Source: the human T2T-CHM13v2.0 reference genome, Homo sapiens
Length of the DNA stretch: 64,000 nucleotides
Direction: 5' to 3' (one strand)
NCBI RefSeq assembly: GCF_009914755.1
Contig: NC_060940.1
This document shows positions 42,995-63,970 of the stretch, in pieces. Both the position numbers and the translations under genes were made by a program. Under the pieces are notes generated by a model. The model made no database searches. It saw only the letters and a program-made list of their open reading frames with translations, and was not told the DNA's origin. Positions within the stretch are counted from its first letter, which is position 1, and every line of letters begins with the position of its first letter.

Positions 42995-44254
42995 ACTTTA
43001 TTTAGGATGTTTGACACAGTTGAGTGTAAAAGAATGATACATTTTCTCACAACTTGTAAGATTTGAGAAGTGCTGAAAGCCCTAGAGAGGAGAAAGAGAA
43101 TGGTGGTGTCTATTAAAATGCAGTGTGAGATCATCTATGATTCATTTACATAAGATTTAAAAATAAGCAGAACAAATACATAGCTTTACAAGGTCCAGTC
43201 GTGGTTACTCTTGCTGAGGAGGGGTAGGCAGAGGAAGGGGAGTGAGGGGGGTTCTGGGGTGCTGGTTACCTTCTGTTCCTTGGTCTGAGCAATGGTAAAT
43301 GGTCACCTTTGTGAAAATTCATTGAGTTGTACACTGATGGCTTGGGCACTTCTATGTGTATAATATTCAATACATTTTTTGAAAATGTAAAAATGGGCCA
43401 GACACAGTGGTTCACACCTGTAATCCCAGCACTTTGGGAGGTGGAAGCGGATGGATTGCTTGAGCTCAGGAGTTTGAGACTAGCCTGGGCAACATGGTGA
43501 AATCCCATCTCTACAAAAAATAGCCAGGGGTGGTGGCTCACCTGTAGTCCCAGCTACTTGGGAGCCTGAGGTGGGACAATCACCTGAGCCCAGGGAAGTT
43601 GAGGCTGCAGTGAGCTGTGATTGTGCCGCTGCACTCCAGCCTGGGTGACAGAGCGAGACCTTGTCTCAAAAAAAAAAAAAAAAAAAAAAGGGCTGGGCAC
43701 GGTGGCGGCTCGTGCCTGTCATCGCAGCACTTTGGGAGGCTGAGCCGGGTGGATCACCTGAGATCAGGAGTTTGAGACCAGCCTGGCCAACATGGAGAAA
43801 CCCCGTCTCTACTAAAAATACAATATTAGCCAGGAGTTGTGGTGCATGGTGCTCACACCTGTAATCCCAGCTACCCGGAGGCTGAGGCAGGAGAATTGCT
43901 TGAACCCAGGAGGCAGAGGTTGTGGTGAGCCGAGATCGTGCCATTGCACTCCACTGGGCAACAAGAGCAAAACTCCGTCCCAAAAAAAAAAAAAAAAAAG
44001 GAAAAATGTAGTATAGAAGAATCTTTGTCAGTCCTTTACAGAAAGTTGATATGAGAATTGTCTAATAGAATTTTAAAAATAGATGTTATTTTTTAGAAGA
44101 GTTTTAGATTTATAGAAAAATTGAGAAGCTAGTTCAGGGAGTTTCTATATGCCCTATGCCCAGTTTCCCCTATTATTAACATATTAGTGTGGGCCAGGCA
44201 CAGTGGCTCACGCCTGTCGTCCCACCACTTTGGGAGGCTGAGGCGGGGGGATCA

Positions 44255-44548
<294 letters not shown>

Positions 44549-45291
44549 CTACATTAGTACTAACCAAAGTCGGTAGTTGATTCAGGTTTGCTTACTCTTC
44601 CCCTAATTTTCTTTTCTGCTCCAGGCCCCCACATCGCCTTTGGTCACCATGTCTCACTGGGCTCCTCTGGGCTGTGACAGTGTTTCTGGTGACCTGGACG
44701 GTTTTGAGGAATGCTGGTGTGGGATCGTATAGGAGTTCGAGACCAGCCTGGCCAACATGGTGAGATCCTGTCTCCACTAAAAATACAAAAATTAACTGGG
44801 CCTGGTGGTGTGTGCCTGTAATCCCAGTTCAGGCGATTCTCCTGCCTCAGTCTCCCAAGTAGCTGGGATTACAGGCACCCGCCACCACGCCCGGCTAATT
44901 TTTGTATTTTTAGTAAAGACAGGGTTTCACCATGTTGTTCAGGCTGGTCTCAAACTCCCGACCTCAGGTGATCCACCCGGCCTTGGCCTTTAAAGTGCTG
45001 GGATTACAGGCGTGAGCCACCCCGCCCAGTTTGTAATTAAATTTTTTTCAGTCCACGTAGAAGACGGTGGTGCTGTCAGATGAAGCTGTCCTATGCAGGG
45101 GTGCTGTTTTTTGTTTTTTGTGTTTTGTTTTGTTTTGAGATGGAGTCTTGCTCTTGTTGCCTAGGCTGGCTGGAGTGCAGTGAGCCAAGATGGCACCACT
45201 GCTTTCCAGCCTGGGTGACAGAGTGAGACCCTGTCTCAAAAGAAAAAAAAAAACTTCTAAAAGAACATCATGGGGGAATAACTACGTTTTA

Positions 45292-45652
<361 letters not shown>

Positions 45653-45863
45653 CTACATTTTATCCGACAACCTGGGCTCAGGACCTCCCCCAGCAAGGCC
45701 TGGGACGCCCTGCCTCTGTGACTTCCTCACCAAAGCTCAGCAAGCCCAGCATTCTGGATTTCTTCCAGTGCTGGCAACAATTCAAGTTCTTTCCCGGCCC
45801 GGGGCCTTTGGGCAGCATGTTCTGTATTGCTGGAACCCTCTTCACATGCCTGGCTGCTTCTCA

Positions 45864-46055
<192 letters not shown>

Positions 46056-46231
46056 CTAAAAATAAAAAATAATAATTAATTAACTAAAAATTAAAAAGGG
46101 CCGGGCAAGGTGGCTCACGCCTATAATCCTAGCACTTTGGAAGGCCGAGGTGGGGGAGAACACTTAAGCCCAGGAGTTTGAGACCAACCTAGGCAACATA
46201 GCGAGACCCCATCTCTACAAAATAAGATGTG

Positions 46232-46416
46232 AAGTTTTCATTTAACATCATCAGTGGATCTTTGGAAACTGACTTTAAGCAAAACAAAGTAAAACAGGTC
46301 TTCAGATTAGGTTGTTTGTTGTTTCATTATAATGTTAACAAGGAAAAAAAATAGTTTTTGTTACATGTCGTTTTCCTTAAAGTTGCAGTTTCCAAAAGCC
46401 TATAGTGAGGACTGGC
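46232..46416. mobile_element. MER6B/C-like Tigger MITE
   Basis: Inverted arms ttggaaactgactttaagcaaaac ... gttttccttaaagttgcagtttccaa...agtgaggact. Confidence 0.65.
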
Positions 46417-46482
46417 TGTAATTAGTGAAGAAGAGGACGTGCTGGATTCGAGCGGGCTCTGCCGCCAACGGCTGATGCTTTA

Positions 46483-46814
<332 letters not shown>

Positions 46815-46906
46815 CTAGGCACAGTGGCTTACGCCTGTAATCCCAGCACTCTGGGAGGCCGAGGCGGGTGGATCACAAGGTCAGGAGATCGAGACCCTCC
46901 TGGCTA

Positions 46907-47197
<291 letters not shown>

Positions 47198-47465
47198 CTA
47201 GGAGTTCCAGACCAACCTGGGCAACTTAGTGAGACCCTGTCTCTAAAAACACAAAAATAAATGAAATTAGCCAGGCATACTGGTGAGCACTTGTAGTCCA
47301 AACTACGCGAGGGACCGAGGCAGGAGGATCAACTGAGCCCAGGAATTTGAGGTTGCAGTGAGCCATAATGTACCACTGCACTTCAGCCTGGGTGACGGAG
47401 CAAGACCCCGTCTCAAAAACAAAATAAAATTTAATGTAATTTCTTTTTTTTTTTTTTTTTTTTGA

Positions 47466-47672
<207 letters not shown>

Positions 47673-48446
47673 TGATCCGCCAGCCTTGGCCTCCCAAAGT
47701 GCTGGGATTACAGGCACGAGCCACCACACCCGGCCTCTATTACATTCTTTAAATTAAGTTATGTCAGCCAGGCGCGGTGGCTCACACCTGTAATCCCAGC
47801 ACTTTGAGAGGCCAAGGCGGGCGGATCACAAGGTCAGGAGATCGAGACCAGCCTGACCAACATGGTGAAACCCCGTCTCTACTAAAAATACCAAAATTAA
47901 CCAGGTGTGGTGGCGGGTGCCTGTAATCCCAGCTACTCAGGAGGCTAAGGCAGAAAATCGCTTGAACCTGGGAGGCGGAGGTTGCAGTAAGCTGAGATTG
48001 CACCATTGCACTCCAGCCTGGGTGACAGAGCAAGACTCCATCTCAAAAACAAACAAAAAAATTAAGTTATGTCGAATTATATTTTCCTAGGCATCCAGAA
48101 CCTTCCAACATGAATTCATGGTAAAGGAAACACCTAAATATTGTTTCTGGCAATCTCCTGTTTTGTAAAGTCTGTGTTAAACTTTTATTCCCCGACTAGC
48201 ATTGGAATCACTGTAGAACACATAGATTTGGCGTGAGATGGCTTCATTGTGAACGAGTTCCCGTTTATTGTGTCAAAGTCAAGCCATTGAGCAGCCAGGT
48301 ACGGATGGGCCAACTGCCGAGCCACGGTGGAGAAGGTGGAGAAGAGCGATGGAGTTCTCAGCGAAATCAGAGCTGCCTCGGTGGGTTTCGAATCAGAAAT
48401 TCCTAAGGGTAACCCTACAGTGAGTGCATAAAGCCACTCAGTGTAA

Positions 48447-48840
<394 letters not shown>

Positions 48841-49076
48841 TAAATAACGTGTGTATTATTTCCTCTAAATAGCTTGATTGTTTTTCTTTCCTTTTTTTTT
48901 TTTTTTTTTGAGACAGAGTCTCACTTTGTCACCCAGGCTGGAGTGCAGTGGCGCGATCTTGGCTCACTGCAGCCTCAACCCCACAAGCTCAAGCAATCCT
49001 CCTGCCTCAGCCACCTGAGTAGCTGAGACTACAGGCATGCGCCATCACACCCGGCTAAGTTTTATATTTTTAGTAG

Positions 49077-49193
<117 letters not shown>

Positions 49194-50304
49194 TAAATTG
49201 GGTTTTTTGTTACAGGTGGATGGAGCTGAATTCCTGAGGAAAAGCTCAACTCAGTTATGGACGGATCTTGTTCCTCCCTATCAGGGGATCCCCAAGGAGA
49301 ACGCTTGGCGTGTCCTCCTTTGGTCCAGCCTGGGTTGCAGCTTCGATGCTCCCTCTGTGCAGGGCGGAAGGTACCTGCAGATTGCCCATCTGTACCCCAG
49401 GATTTAGGGGACACCTGATGAGGTATTTGTGTTTAATCATCATCTTGATGCGGACGCTTTTAGGAACAAGGACTGAGACTGGGAGGGATTATAAATAAAC
49501 ACTCAAATGACAGGAAATCTTCAGCTGTCTTCCACCATCACTCTTCTAAAACATTAGTGCTTCATCTCGATAACGAAACAATGTCAGTGCATCCTGAGAG
49601 CATGTGGCTCACGTCTGCATTCGAGGCTGTGCACATTTAACCAGGCTGTTTTGAATATTAGACTCTTTTATCAGATCTTCCGACCATCCGCTTTCTGCTG
49701 CTCACAGACCTTAGGTTTCAGAGAAAAGGCTCCTGGATTTCAACGCAATCCATTATCTTCTGTGGACACATGAGGCAAGCAACCTATGGGAGACTTTTTT
49801 CTCTTTTTTCTTTTTTCTTTGCCTTAAAAAAAATCTTTTGTTGGAGCTTGCTTCACTAGTAGGAAAGCTGACACCTGTGTAGACAGGTTGTCTGCACCCA
49901 CTCACAAATTCATTCATGCGTCATGTGCTTTTTGGAGCCGGCATTGCCCTCATCTTTGAGGAGCTCACAATTGGAAGGGAGGGGAGTATCCACACGGTGG
50001 AGGTCCCCAGTGGCTTAGTTACATTTGGTTGGGGGTTAGGAAGTAGAGCAAACACAGGGCTTGGCTTAGCACTGCTCCCAAGTTGCTGACATTTATTTTT
50101 ACTAATCATCCCTTAAAAAAAGAATCAGGAGGCTGGGTGCAGTGGCTCATGCCTGTAATCCCAGCACTTTGGGAGGCTGAGGCGGGCAGATCACCTGAGG
50201 TCAGGAGTTCAAGACTAGCCTGGCCAACATGGTGAAACCCCGTCTCTACTAAAATATAAAATTAGCCAGTCGTGGTGGTGCACACCTGTAATCCCAGTTA
50301 CTCA

Positions 50305-50548
<244 letters not shown>

Positions 50549-50635
50549 TTAAAAAAAGTTAAACTTTAGCCAGGCATGGTGGTGCACACTTGTAGTCCCA
50601 GCTACTTGGGAGGGTGAAGTGAGAGAATCGTTTGA

Positions 50636-50908
<273 letters not shown>

Positions 50909-51252
50909 TGATCCGCCTCCCTCGGCTTCCCAAAGGGCTGGGATTACAGGCGTGAGCCACTGCGCCCGGCCACTGATTTGTTGTTGATGTTGTTGTTGTT
51001 ATCAGTGTTTTCTTTTTTTTCATTATTATTATTATTTATTTTATTTTATTTTATCATGCTTTAAGTTTTAGGGTACTGTACTGATTTTATACCCAACTCA
51101 TTCCAGGATTCTTGCAACACACTATGCTGATGTACAAAGATGAATAAGACATGGTCTCGGCCGGGCACGGTGGCTCACGCCTGTCATCCCAGCACTTTGG
51201 GAGGCTGAGATGGGCAGATCAGGAGGTCAGGAGATCGAGACCATCCTGGCTA

Positions 51253-51474
<222 letters not shown>

Positions 51475-51759
51475 TCAGAGGGTAAAGTAGGGAAAATTTG
51501 GGTTGCCCCATCATCGAGCATCAAGTAGCATTCCTGGGACTTGTATGCAAAGACGAGAAAGCCTGGGAGATGTGATGTGCAGATACAGTATGGGCTGTGC
51601 TGGCTTGTGGAAAAAGACAGAATAGCTGGGTGCAGTGGCTCACATCTGTAATCCCAGCACTTTGGGAGGCCGAGGTGGGCAGATCACCTGAGGCCAGGAG
51701 TTTGAGACCAGCCTGGCCAACATGGCAAAACCCCATCTCTACTAAAAATACAAAAATTA

Positions 51760-51930
<171 letters not shown>

Positions 51931-51962
51931 TTAAATTTTAGCTTCCATTTCTCATCTTCTAA

Positions 51963-52100
51963 AGCCGTGCTTCTCAAACATGAGTGAGCAGACCCAGGAA
52001 TCTTGTTAAAATGCGGATTCCGATTCAAGGGGCCTGGGAGGAGCCTGAGGTCCTGCCTTTCAAACCAGCTCCCAGATGGGGCTGATGCTGACACCAGTAA
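51963..52100 (+). mobile_element. MER5A-like hAT fragment (a second one at ~52405-52560)
   Basis: ttctcaaac...cttgttaaaatgcggattcc...gctcccag...gctgatgctg. Confidence 0.65.
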
Positions 52101-52547
52101 ACTCCCTTTGCACACAAGCCTGTTTAGGCTGGGTCTTCTCCAATTTGCACACACAGTATCCCAGCTATGACATTCAGAAACATCAAGCTTGTTCTTTCCT
52201 GCCCCTTGATGCTGCTTTTTGTTCTGTGTCTTCTCTTGAGCCCCTTGGTGGTGCTTTTTGTTCTGTGCCTTCTCTTAAGCCCTGCCCTCTGCTTGGAATG
52301 CTCTCTGCCACCTCTTCACTCCTCCTCCAGGAAACCTTCCTTGACTGCCTGCTCTCTGCCCTGCGAGGACTCTCGGGAGCAGACTTTGAGGAGCAGGCTC
52401 CAGGGCAGAGGTTCTTGGCCTTGGCTACAAATTAGAATCACCTGGGAGCTTTAAACCACCCACTGTCACACCCCAGACCAATAGAACCAGAATTTCTAGG
52501 GGTGGGACCCAGCACCGGTGTGAGAAGTAGGTCACAGGTGTCTCTCA

Positions 52548-53078
<531 letters not shown>

Positions 53079-53182
53079 TTAGGCAGGCGGCTGGGCGTGG
53101 TGGCTTATGCCTGTAGTCCCAGCACTTTGGGAGGCCAAGGCAGGCGGATCAGGAGGTCAGGAAATCGAGACCATCCTGTCTA

Positions 53183-53545
<363 letters not shown>

Positions 53546-53583
53546 TTGATCTTGAAACAAGGAATTGTTTAAGGAAGGAATTA

Positions 53584-54063
<480 letters not shown>

Positions 54064-54534
54064 TAGCCAGGATGGTCTCGATCTCCTGACCTCGTGGTCC
54101 GCCTGCCTCGGCCTCCCAAAGCGCTGGGATTACAGGCGTGAGCCACTGTGCCCAGCCAGAAAGAGCCAATCTTAAAAAAAAAAAAAAAAAAAAAGTAATT
54201 TCCTATCTTTATAAAGGCCATAAAGGTAGGCCTTTATCAGTAGGAAGGAGGCAGAAGAGCCAAGGTCCAAGGGGAGCTGAAGACAGAAGTGCCCCTTTAC
54301 TCTGATGGTCCTGAAATTAGCCCAGGAGCTCTGGCCAGCAACATGCTTTGGTTCAGGTGCAGACGACTGGGCCCAGCCTGGCGAAAGGGAACTCCCAATG
54401 CAGTGAGTAGACTCTGGTGGTGGCCTGCTACCACAGTGGCCTAGCTGGGTTCTAGGCCTGCTCTACCGTGAGCCTCTCCAGTCCACGGAAGGGAGGGGCA
54501 CAGCTCTCCCTCCACACCCGTCCCAGGAACATCA

Positions 54535-54966
<432 letters not shown>

Positions 54967-55551
54967 CTAGTCCCTGGAATAACCGCTGTTAAGAGTTCCC
55001 TTTGACATTTGCAAGGGAAGAATCCACACCCACATGTTCAGCCCGACCTGCTCTCAATGGTTTCCCTCCCGTGGGGCCTGTGTCTGGCCTGTCCTGGCCC
55101 CACAGGTAATGCCCCCGACCCGGAAGGCATTGTGGACCCAGATGTGCAACTGACCTGGAACACAGCTGAGTGATATCAGACTCAACATCAGGTGCAGAGC
55201 TGTTTGTTCTGTTGGAGAACATTCCAGAGGTTCCAGAAGCTGGCAGGGCTTGGGGCTCACCCGTGTTTCTGTGCCAGGAGCTCTCCCCAAGCACCTGCTG
55301 TGACTCAACAAAGCTGCACTGAGCACAAGCTTGGGTCAGGCCCCGCAAGGGGATCCAGGGAGGAAACACACAGACAGGGGGTCGCTGCCGTGGGGCAGAG
55401 AACAAACTGGTGCTGCCTGTGCCTGGTGGGCAGAGCCCGGGTTGTCGGAGGCACGTTCAGAAGCTGGGTTCACTCAGTCTGTTCCGTCATGGGATCAATG
55501 GGCCCCCTTGGAAAGTTCTGGAGTGAGGGAACCATCACTGAGGGTGTGCTA

Positions 55552-55673
55552 GTGGCAGTCCCGCTCTGTCCCCCAGGCTGGGTGCGTGGCGGTGGCAGTC
55601 CCGCTCTGTCCCCCAGGCTGGGTGCGTGGCGGTGGCAGTCCCGCTCTGTCCCCCAGGCTGTGAGTGCAGTGGC
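55552..55673. repeat. 40-bp minisatellite, about 3 copies, derived from an antisense Alu end
   Basis: gtggcagtcccgctctgtcccccaggctgggtgcgtggcg at 55552, 55592 and 55632, running into an Alu arm. Confidence 0.9.
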
Positions 55674-56712
55674 ACGATCTCGGTTCACTGCACCCTCCTC
55701 CTCGCAGGTTCAAGCGATTCTCCGGCCTCAGCCTCCTGAGCGGCTGGGATGACAGGCGTGCGCCGCTGCACCTGGCCTACACGGCTTTTAAATCTTACAT
55801 TGTGCACCAGAGAAGAGTCAAACAAAGCAAAATTAGCGGCAGAAAGCACCCCCTTGCTTCTCTGTACACACGACCCAGGTGTATCGCAGAGCAAACACAG
55901 TGAAAGTGTGCACGCTCGGGAAAGGCGCAGGAACTGACATTTTACCAAGGTCTCTGAAGGGGCAGAAAACAGGCCCCGAGAGGCACAGATGCCAACAATG
56001 ATTGTCAGGAATCAATGGGAAAGCGTGTTTGTGCAGCGCTATTGGCATCTGATGTGTTTGTTATAATTGGCTCCCGCCAGCCCTGTCTCCTTTATTAATT
56101 GCACATATTCCTCTTGACGAAAGTGACATGCCGATGGCAGCGTTGTGGGCTTGAAGACGAGGGTGCCTTTCGATCTAAGCCTAAAGTCACATTTGTGACC
56201 CGAACCTAAGACAGAGAGGAGCCCAAAGGTCACTTCTCCTCCAGGAATGTCTGGATGGGTGACTTATTGGAGCCGCTCGCTTAATTGTACCACCTTGAGG
56301 TAGCCACATAGTGACAGTTTTCCTGGGTCCCTTAAACCATGATGTTCCATAGGATGACTCTGCCTGAAGCCCTCTGGCAGCTGGAGTTTCATTCTGCAGA
56401 CGAGGAAAACAAGGCCATTCCGAGAACTTCCAGAATTCAACCACTCAATCCACCAATGAATGCTAAGATCGTGGGCTCAAGTTCAAGGAGAAACACGATG
56501 TGCACCTGATGCCAAAGTATCAAAACAGAAACAGTGATCTGGCCGGGGGCGGTGGCTCACACCTGTAATCCCAGCACTTTGGGAGGCTGAGGTGGGCGGA
56601 TCACCTGAGGCCAGGAGTTCGAGACCAGCTTGGCCAACAAGGCAAAACCCTGTCTCTACTAAAAATACAAAAATTAGCTGGGCGTGGTGGCGCATGCCTG
56701 TAATTTCAGCTA

Positions 56713-56820
<108 letters not shown>

Positions 56821-57258
56821 TCAAAACAAAAACAAACAAAAAAGACATTGATCTTCTTTGAGGCTGGGCACAGTTGCTCATGCCTATAATCCCAACACTT
56901 TGGGAAGCCAAGGCAGGAAGATTGCTTGAAGCCAGGAGTTCAGGACCAGCCTGGACAATGTAGCAAGACCCTGTCACCACAAAAAATACAAAAGTGAGCT
57001 GGGTGTAGTGGCAGGTGCCTATAGTCCCAGCTACTTGGGAGGCTGAGGTGGGAGGATTGCCTGAGCCCAGGGAAGTCGAGGCTGCAGTGAGCTGAGATTG
57101 CACCACTGCACTCTAGCCTGGGGCACAAGGAGAGCTTGTCTCAAAAAAAAAAAAAAAGAAGAAGAAGAAAAGAAAAGAAAAAGTGTGACTGGGCACAGTG
57201 ACTCACGCCTGTAATCCCAGCACTTTGGAGGCCACAGCAGGCAGATCATCCGAGGTCA

Positions 57259-57855
<597 letters not shown>

Positions 57856-58429
57856 TGAGCCTCTGCGCCTGGCCAGAAAAAGGTTTTAAAATGTTTACAA
57901 AAGAGAAAGAAAAACAGCTAGGCTTTCCCATCACCTTCTGGAGAAAGCAGGCCACCTGATGTCAGTGCCTTCCTGCACTTCATCCTCATAACTGCTCAAT
58001 CGATACTACGTCTTTATAGTAAATAATTGTGTCCATGGGGCTTTATTGGTCTCCGGCACAGGAGTTGTCCGGACCACTTTCATCAGCAGAGCAAAACCAT
58101 TGATTTTTCTGCCCACCCGTCCAGGGCACAAACTGACCAGTTGCCGGTGGCCAGGATCAGAACTGGAGGGACCAGCCCCAGAACCCAGAACCCCTCCCAG
58201 CACTGGTCCCAGCCAGGGTGGATGAAACGTTCTCTCCCCAGTGAATCGCATTCCGGTGCAGTGTAACTTCCAAGAAAGAGGCCAGGCAAGGCCAGGCGTG
58301 GTGGCTCACGCCTGTAATCCCAGCACTTTACGAGGCTGAGGCGGGCGGATCACTTGAGGTCAGGAGTTCAAGACCAGCCTGTCCAACCAACATGGTGAAA
58401 CCCCGTCTCCACTAAAAATACAAAAATTA

Positions 58430-58630
<201 letters not shown>

Positions 58631-59036
58631 TTATGAGACCAAGGCAGGTGGATCACTTGAGGTCAGGAGTTCAAGACCAGCCTGGCCAACATGATGAAAC
58701 CCTGTCTCTACTAAAAATACAAAAAAAAATTATCCGGCGTGGTGGCAGGCGCCTGTAATCCCAGCTACTTGGGAGGCTGAGGCAGAGAATTGCTTGAATC
58801 CAGGGGGCGGAAGTTGCAGTCAGCTGAGATTGCGCCACTGCACTCCAGCCTGGCAACAGACGAAGACTCCATCTCAAAAAAAGAAAAAAAGAAAGAGGCC
58901 AGGCACAGTAGCTCATGTCTGTAATCCCAGCAGTTTGGGAGCCTGAGGCAGGTGAACTGCTTGAGCCCAGGAGTTTGAGGCTAGCCTAGGCAACACAGTG
59001 AGACCCTATCTCTACCAAAAATGTAAAAATTAGTCA

Positions 59037-59234
<198 letters not shown>

Positions 59235-60164
59235 TCAGGGAATCACAGGAGGGTTGTTTTGCCATTTTGGGGGGGCCTGAGCCCTGGAGGCCAGTGAGCA
59301 CCAGAACACCGGGCGGGGCAGCAGCCGGCTGTGCTGCTGGCTGGAAGCACCAGGTGAGGCTGCAACCCACGTGTGCACTGAAAGCTCCTGGCTGGCAAAC
59401 GCACACTCTCATGACTGACTGTGAACCATTCCTGACAGTTGTGATGTGTTCCTGATTGCACTGTGTTGTTCTTAGTCGCTTTGTAAATAGAACCTGTGTG
59501 TGCGTGCTGTGCAGGTGAACATAGATGGTGCCTGTCCCTGCGGAGAGCAAAAGAATTAAACCTCGGAGTTTGAGAGACATGCTCTTCTCCAGAACGCAGC
59601 CCCGGCGGCAACCCCAGGCGGCCGAAGGGACATGGCAGCAGCAGGCTGGGCTGACCACAAATATTTGCACAGGTGAACACTTTAGAAAAGGAAGTCAAAT
59701 GTAGCATGCGGGTGGCTGGGGAGGAGAGGATGAGCCTCATGGAGCCCCACACCCTGAGCTTTTGCAGGGAGCAGCCACAGCCTGTGTTCACACACAGACC
59801 CAGCAGCCAGCCCCTGTTCACCCCACAAACCAGCCACAGACAGGCCAAGGTCACCCGTGGCCTTGTGGCGTGGAGCCCGGGGTTAATTCAGACCCAATGG
59901 CCAGGCACAGTGGCTCACGCCTGTAAATCCAGCCCTTTGGAAGGGCAAGGCAGGAGGATCACTTAAACCAAGGGGTTCCAGACCAGCCTGGGCAACATAG
60001 TGAGACCCCATCTCTATAAAAATTAAAATTAAAAAGTAGCCAGGCTGGGGTGCAGTGGCTCACACCTGTAATCCTGGCACTTTGGGAAGCTGAGGTGGGC
60101 AGATCACCTGAGGTCAGGAGTTCAAGACCAGCCTGCCCAACAACATGGTGAAACCCCATCTCTA

Positions 60165-60656
<492 letters not shown>

Positions 60657-60659
60657 TTA

Positions 60660-61160
<501 letters not shown>

Positions 61161-61338
61161 TTATTTTTCTTTACTTAGAATGACATTAAGTAGCAAACAG
61201 AACCACCATGACAAGCTGAGAGAGGAAGGAGAGAAGGAAAAAGGGATCATGGAAAAAGGGCAAAGCTTTCTGTTAGCACCTTTCACAGCAGTTTTTTTTC
61301 TTTCATTTTGTGCTAGGCCCTGAAGATTATTTATGTAG

Positions 61339-61759
<421 letters not shown>

Positions 61760-62495
61760 TGAATATGCGTCCTTTGGCTCGTCCAAGGCTTGCCAGCAAT
61801 TCTGGGCCCTTTGCCGTGCTCTCCCCAGGCCTGCATGCGTCCCCCAACTGTGCACCCCAACAGGGCCAGCCAGTGATGGACGCCCTAGAACCTCTGATCA
61901 CTCCCACAAAAGGGGGCTGCCCCCCTTCCCAACCAGAGTCCAGACTGTGAAACCAGGGGCCAGTCTCCAGATGCTTCTCCCCAAAAACTCCGCGTGCTTG
62001 ACAGGAGTCCCCTCCCCTGCTGCACAGCTGCGCATCCATCCTCAGCAGGAGACTGGCTTTCCATCAGATAGGCCGTCGTCCTCCCTTGTGGGAGACAGAA
62101 AAGATGATAGTATCTGACCGTGTGAGGCTGTCAGGTCTGGCCAGCAATCCCCCTGCACGCGGGGCCCGCTCACGGAGTGCTGGGAGCAGAGACCAGGAGA
62201 ACAAGATCCACAATTGTTCTCTGCGGCCCCACGGTGGAGCTTGCCTCCCGTCATCAGAACACTTGAGTATGGCATCCTTCTGGCAATAGTTTTGTGTTAA
62301 CTGTTTTGGTTGACCGACTGTTTTCGGGGGCTTCTCCAGTGAAAACCATACACAATGTGGCTGAGATTAGGCAGCATGAAAGGAATTCCTCTGCCTCCGA
62401 GCCAGAGCCTGGCTTTGAGAGGGAGGATCTTGTCCTGTATGTCCCTGGAAGCCTCAGCAGCGCTCGTTGTTGGCGACTGCATCAGAAGAGTCTCA

Positions 62496-62954
<459 letters not shown>

Positions 62955-63792
62955 CTACCCCCAGCCCAGGTGGAGATGCAGGGCTTGGCACCCTGGTCCA
63001 GAGGGTGGAGCCCTGCCTGTGAACCCCAGCAGACAGGCAGCCTCCAGGGACCACCGTGGGCCCTGCCTGGCATATCCATCCTCACCCACCCAGGGTTTTG
63101 ACCAAACCTCTTTTACCCAGGCCAGCGTGCTCGGCACAAGCCATGCCCCCAACTCACCCACGGTCTTCCCTGGACTCCCTGCCCCCGCCCTGGGAGACCA
63201 CCAGTGGGATGGGGTATGGCAGGACCAGCCCTGCTCAGGGAGGGGCCGCCCCCTACCAACATGGGCCCAGCCCTGGGACCAGAATGAACCTGAGCACAGT
63301 TCACATCTGAGACGCGTCCCCGGGACGGGGGCTGCGGTCCATGGTTTGGCAAGGGGCCGGGGCTACAGAGGGAATGGCTTCCGGTACAGAGCCTTGGACA
63401 CAAGCCTGGTGTTGTGTGTTTTCTCAGATGCGGCATTTGTCCATTTGGCATCCATTAATCACAGGGCCGAACTAACAGCTACATTGTTTCTATCTTCCCT
63501 GCCCTCCAGAACCTGCCTCTGAACCACCTCCTTATCTAACTCTCACACCACAAGCTCATGTCCCCTGCCCTCAGTCACCAAGGGCCAAGCACCAAACAAG
63601 TAGGGAGAGCCGAGGTCCCAGAGCCCACCGGAATTACTCAGACTGACCAGGCCCAAGCTATTTCCCCGCCCTGCCCTGCCTTTCCCCTGGAAACCCCTGG
63701 AAAGGCTCTGACCTTGGCTTGCCTGGCTCGTGTCTGCTCCTGACCAGCCCTGGAGCTCCCTGCACTGGCCCCGGGCAGCCCAGCCCAGCATG

Positions 63793-63878
63793 CACCCTCC
63801 TCCAATTAAGTGCCTCACACCTCACACACCCTCCTCCAATTAAGTGCCTCACACACCCTCCTCCAATTAAGTGCCTCA
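63793..63878. repeat. About 27-bp minisatellite, 3 copies (caccctcctccaattaagtgcctca)
   Basis: Direct reading. Also visible as repeated RHLIGGGC in ORF 63658..63879. Confidence 0.9.
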
Positions 63879-63970
63879 CTTAACGACAGGTTATGGTCTG
63901 AAAAATGCATCATGAGGTGACTTTGTGTCATGAAAACATCACAGAGTTCACTGGCATGAATTTAGATGGC
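63875..63970 (+). mobile_element. Tigger3-like terminal fragment
   Basis: cttaacgacagg...tctgaaaaatgcatc...aacatcacagagt...tagatgg. Confidence 0.55.
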
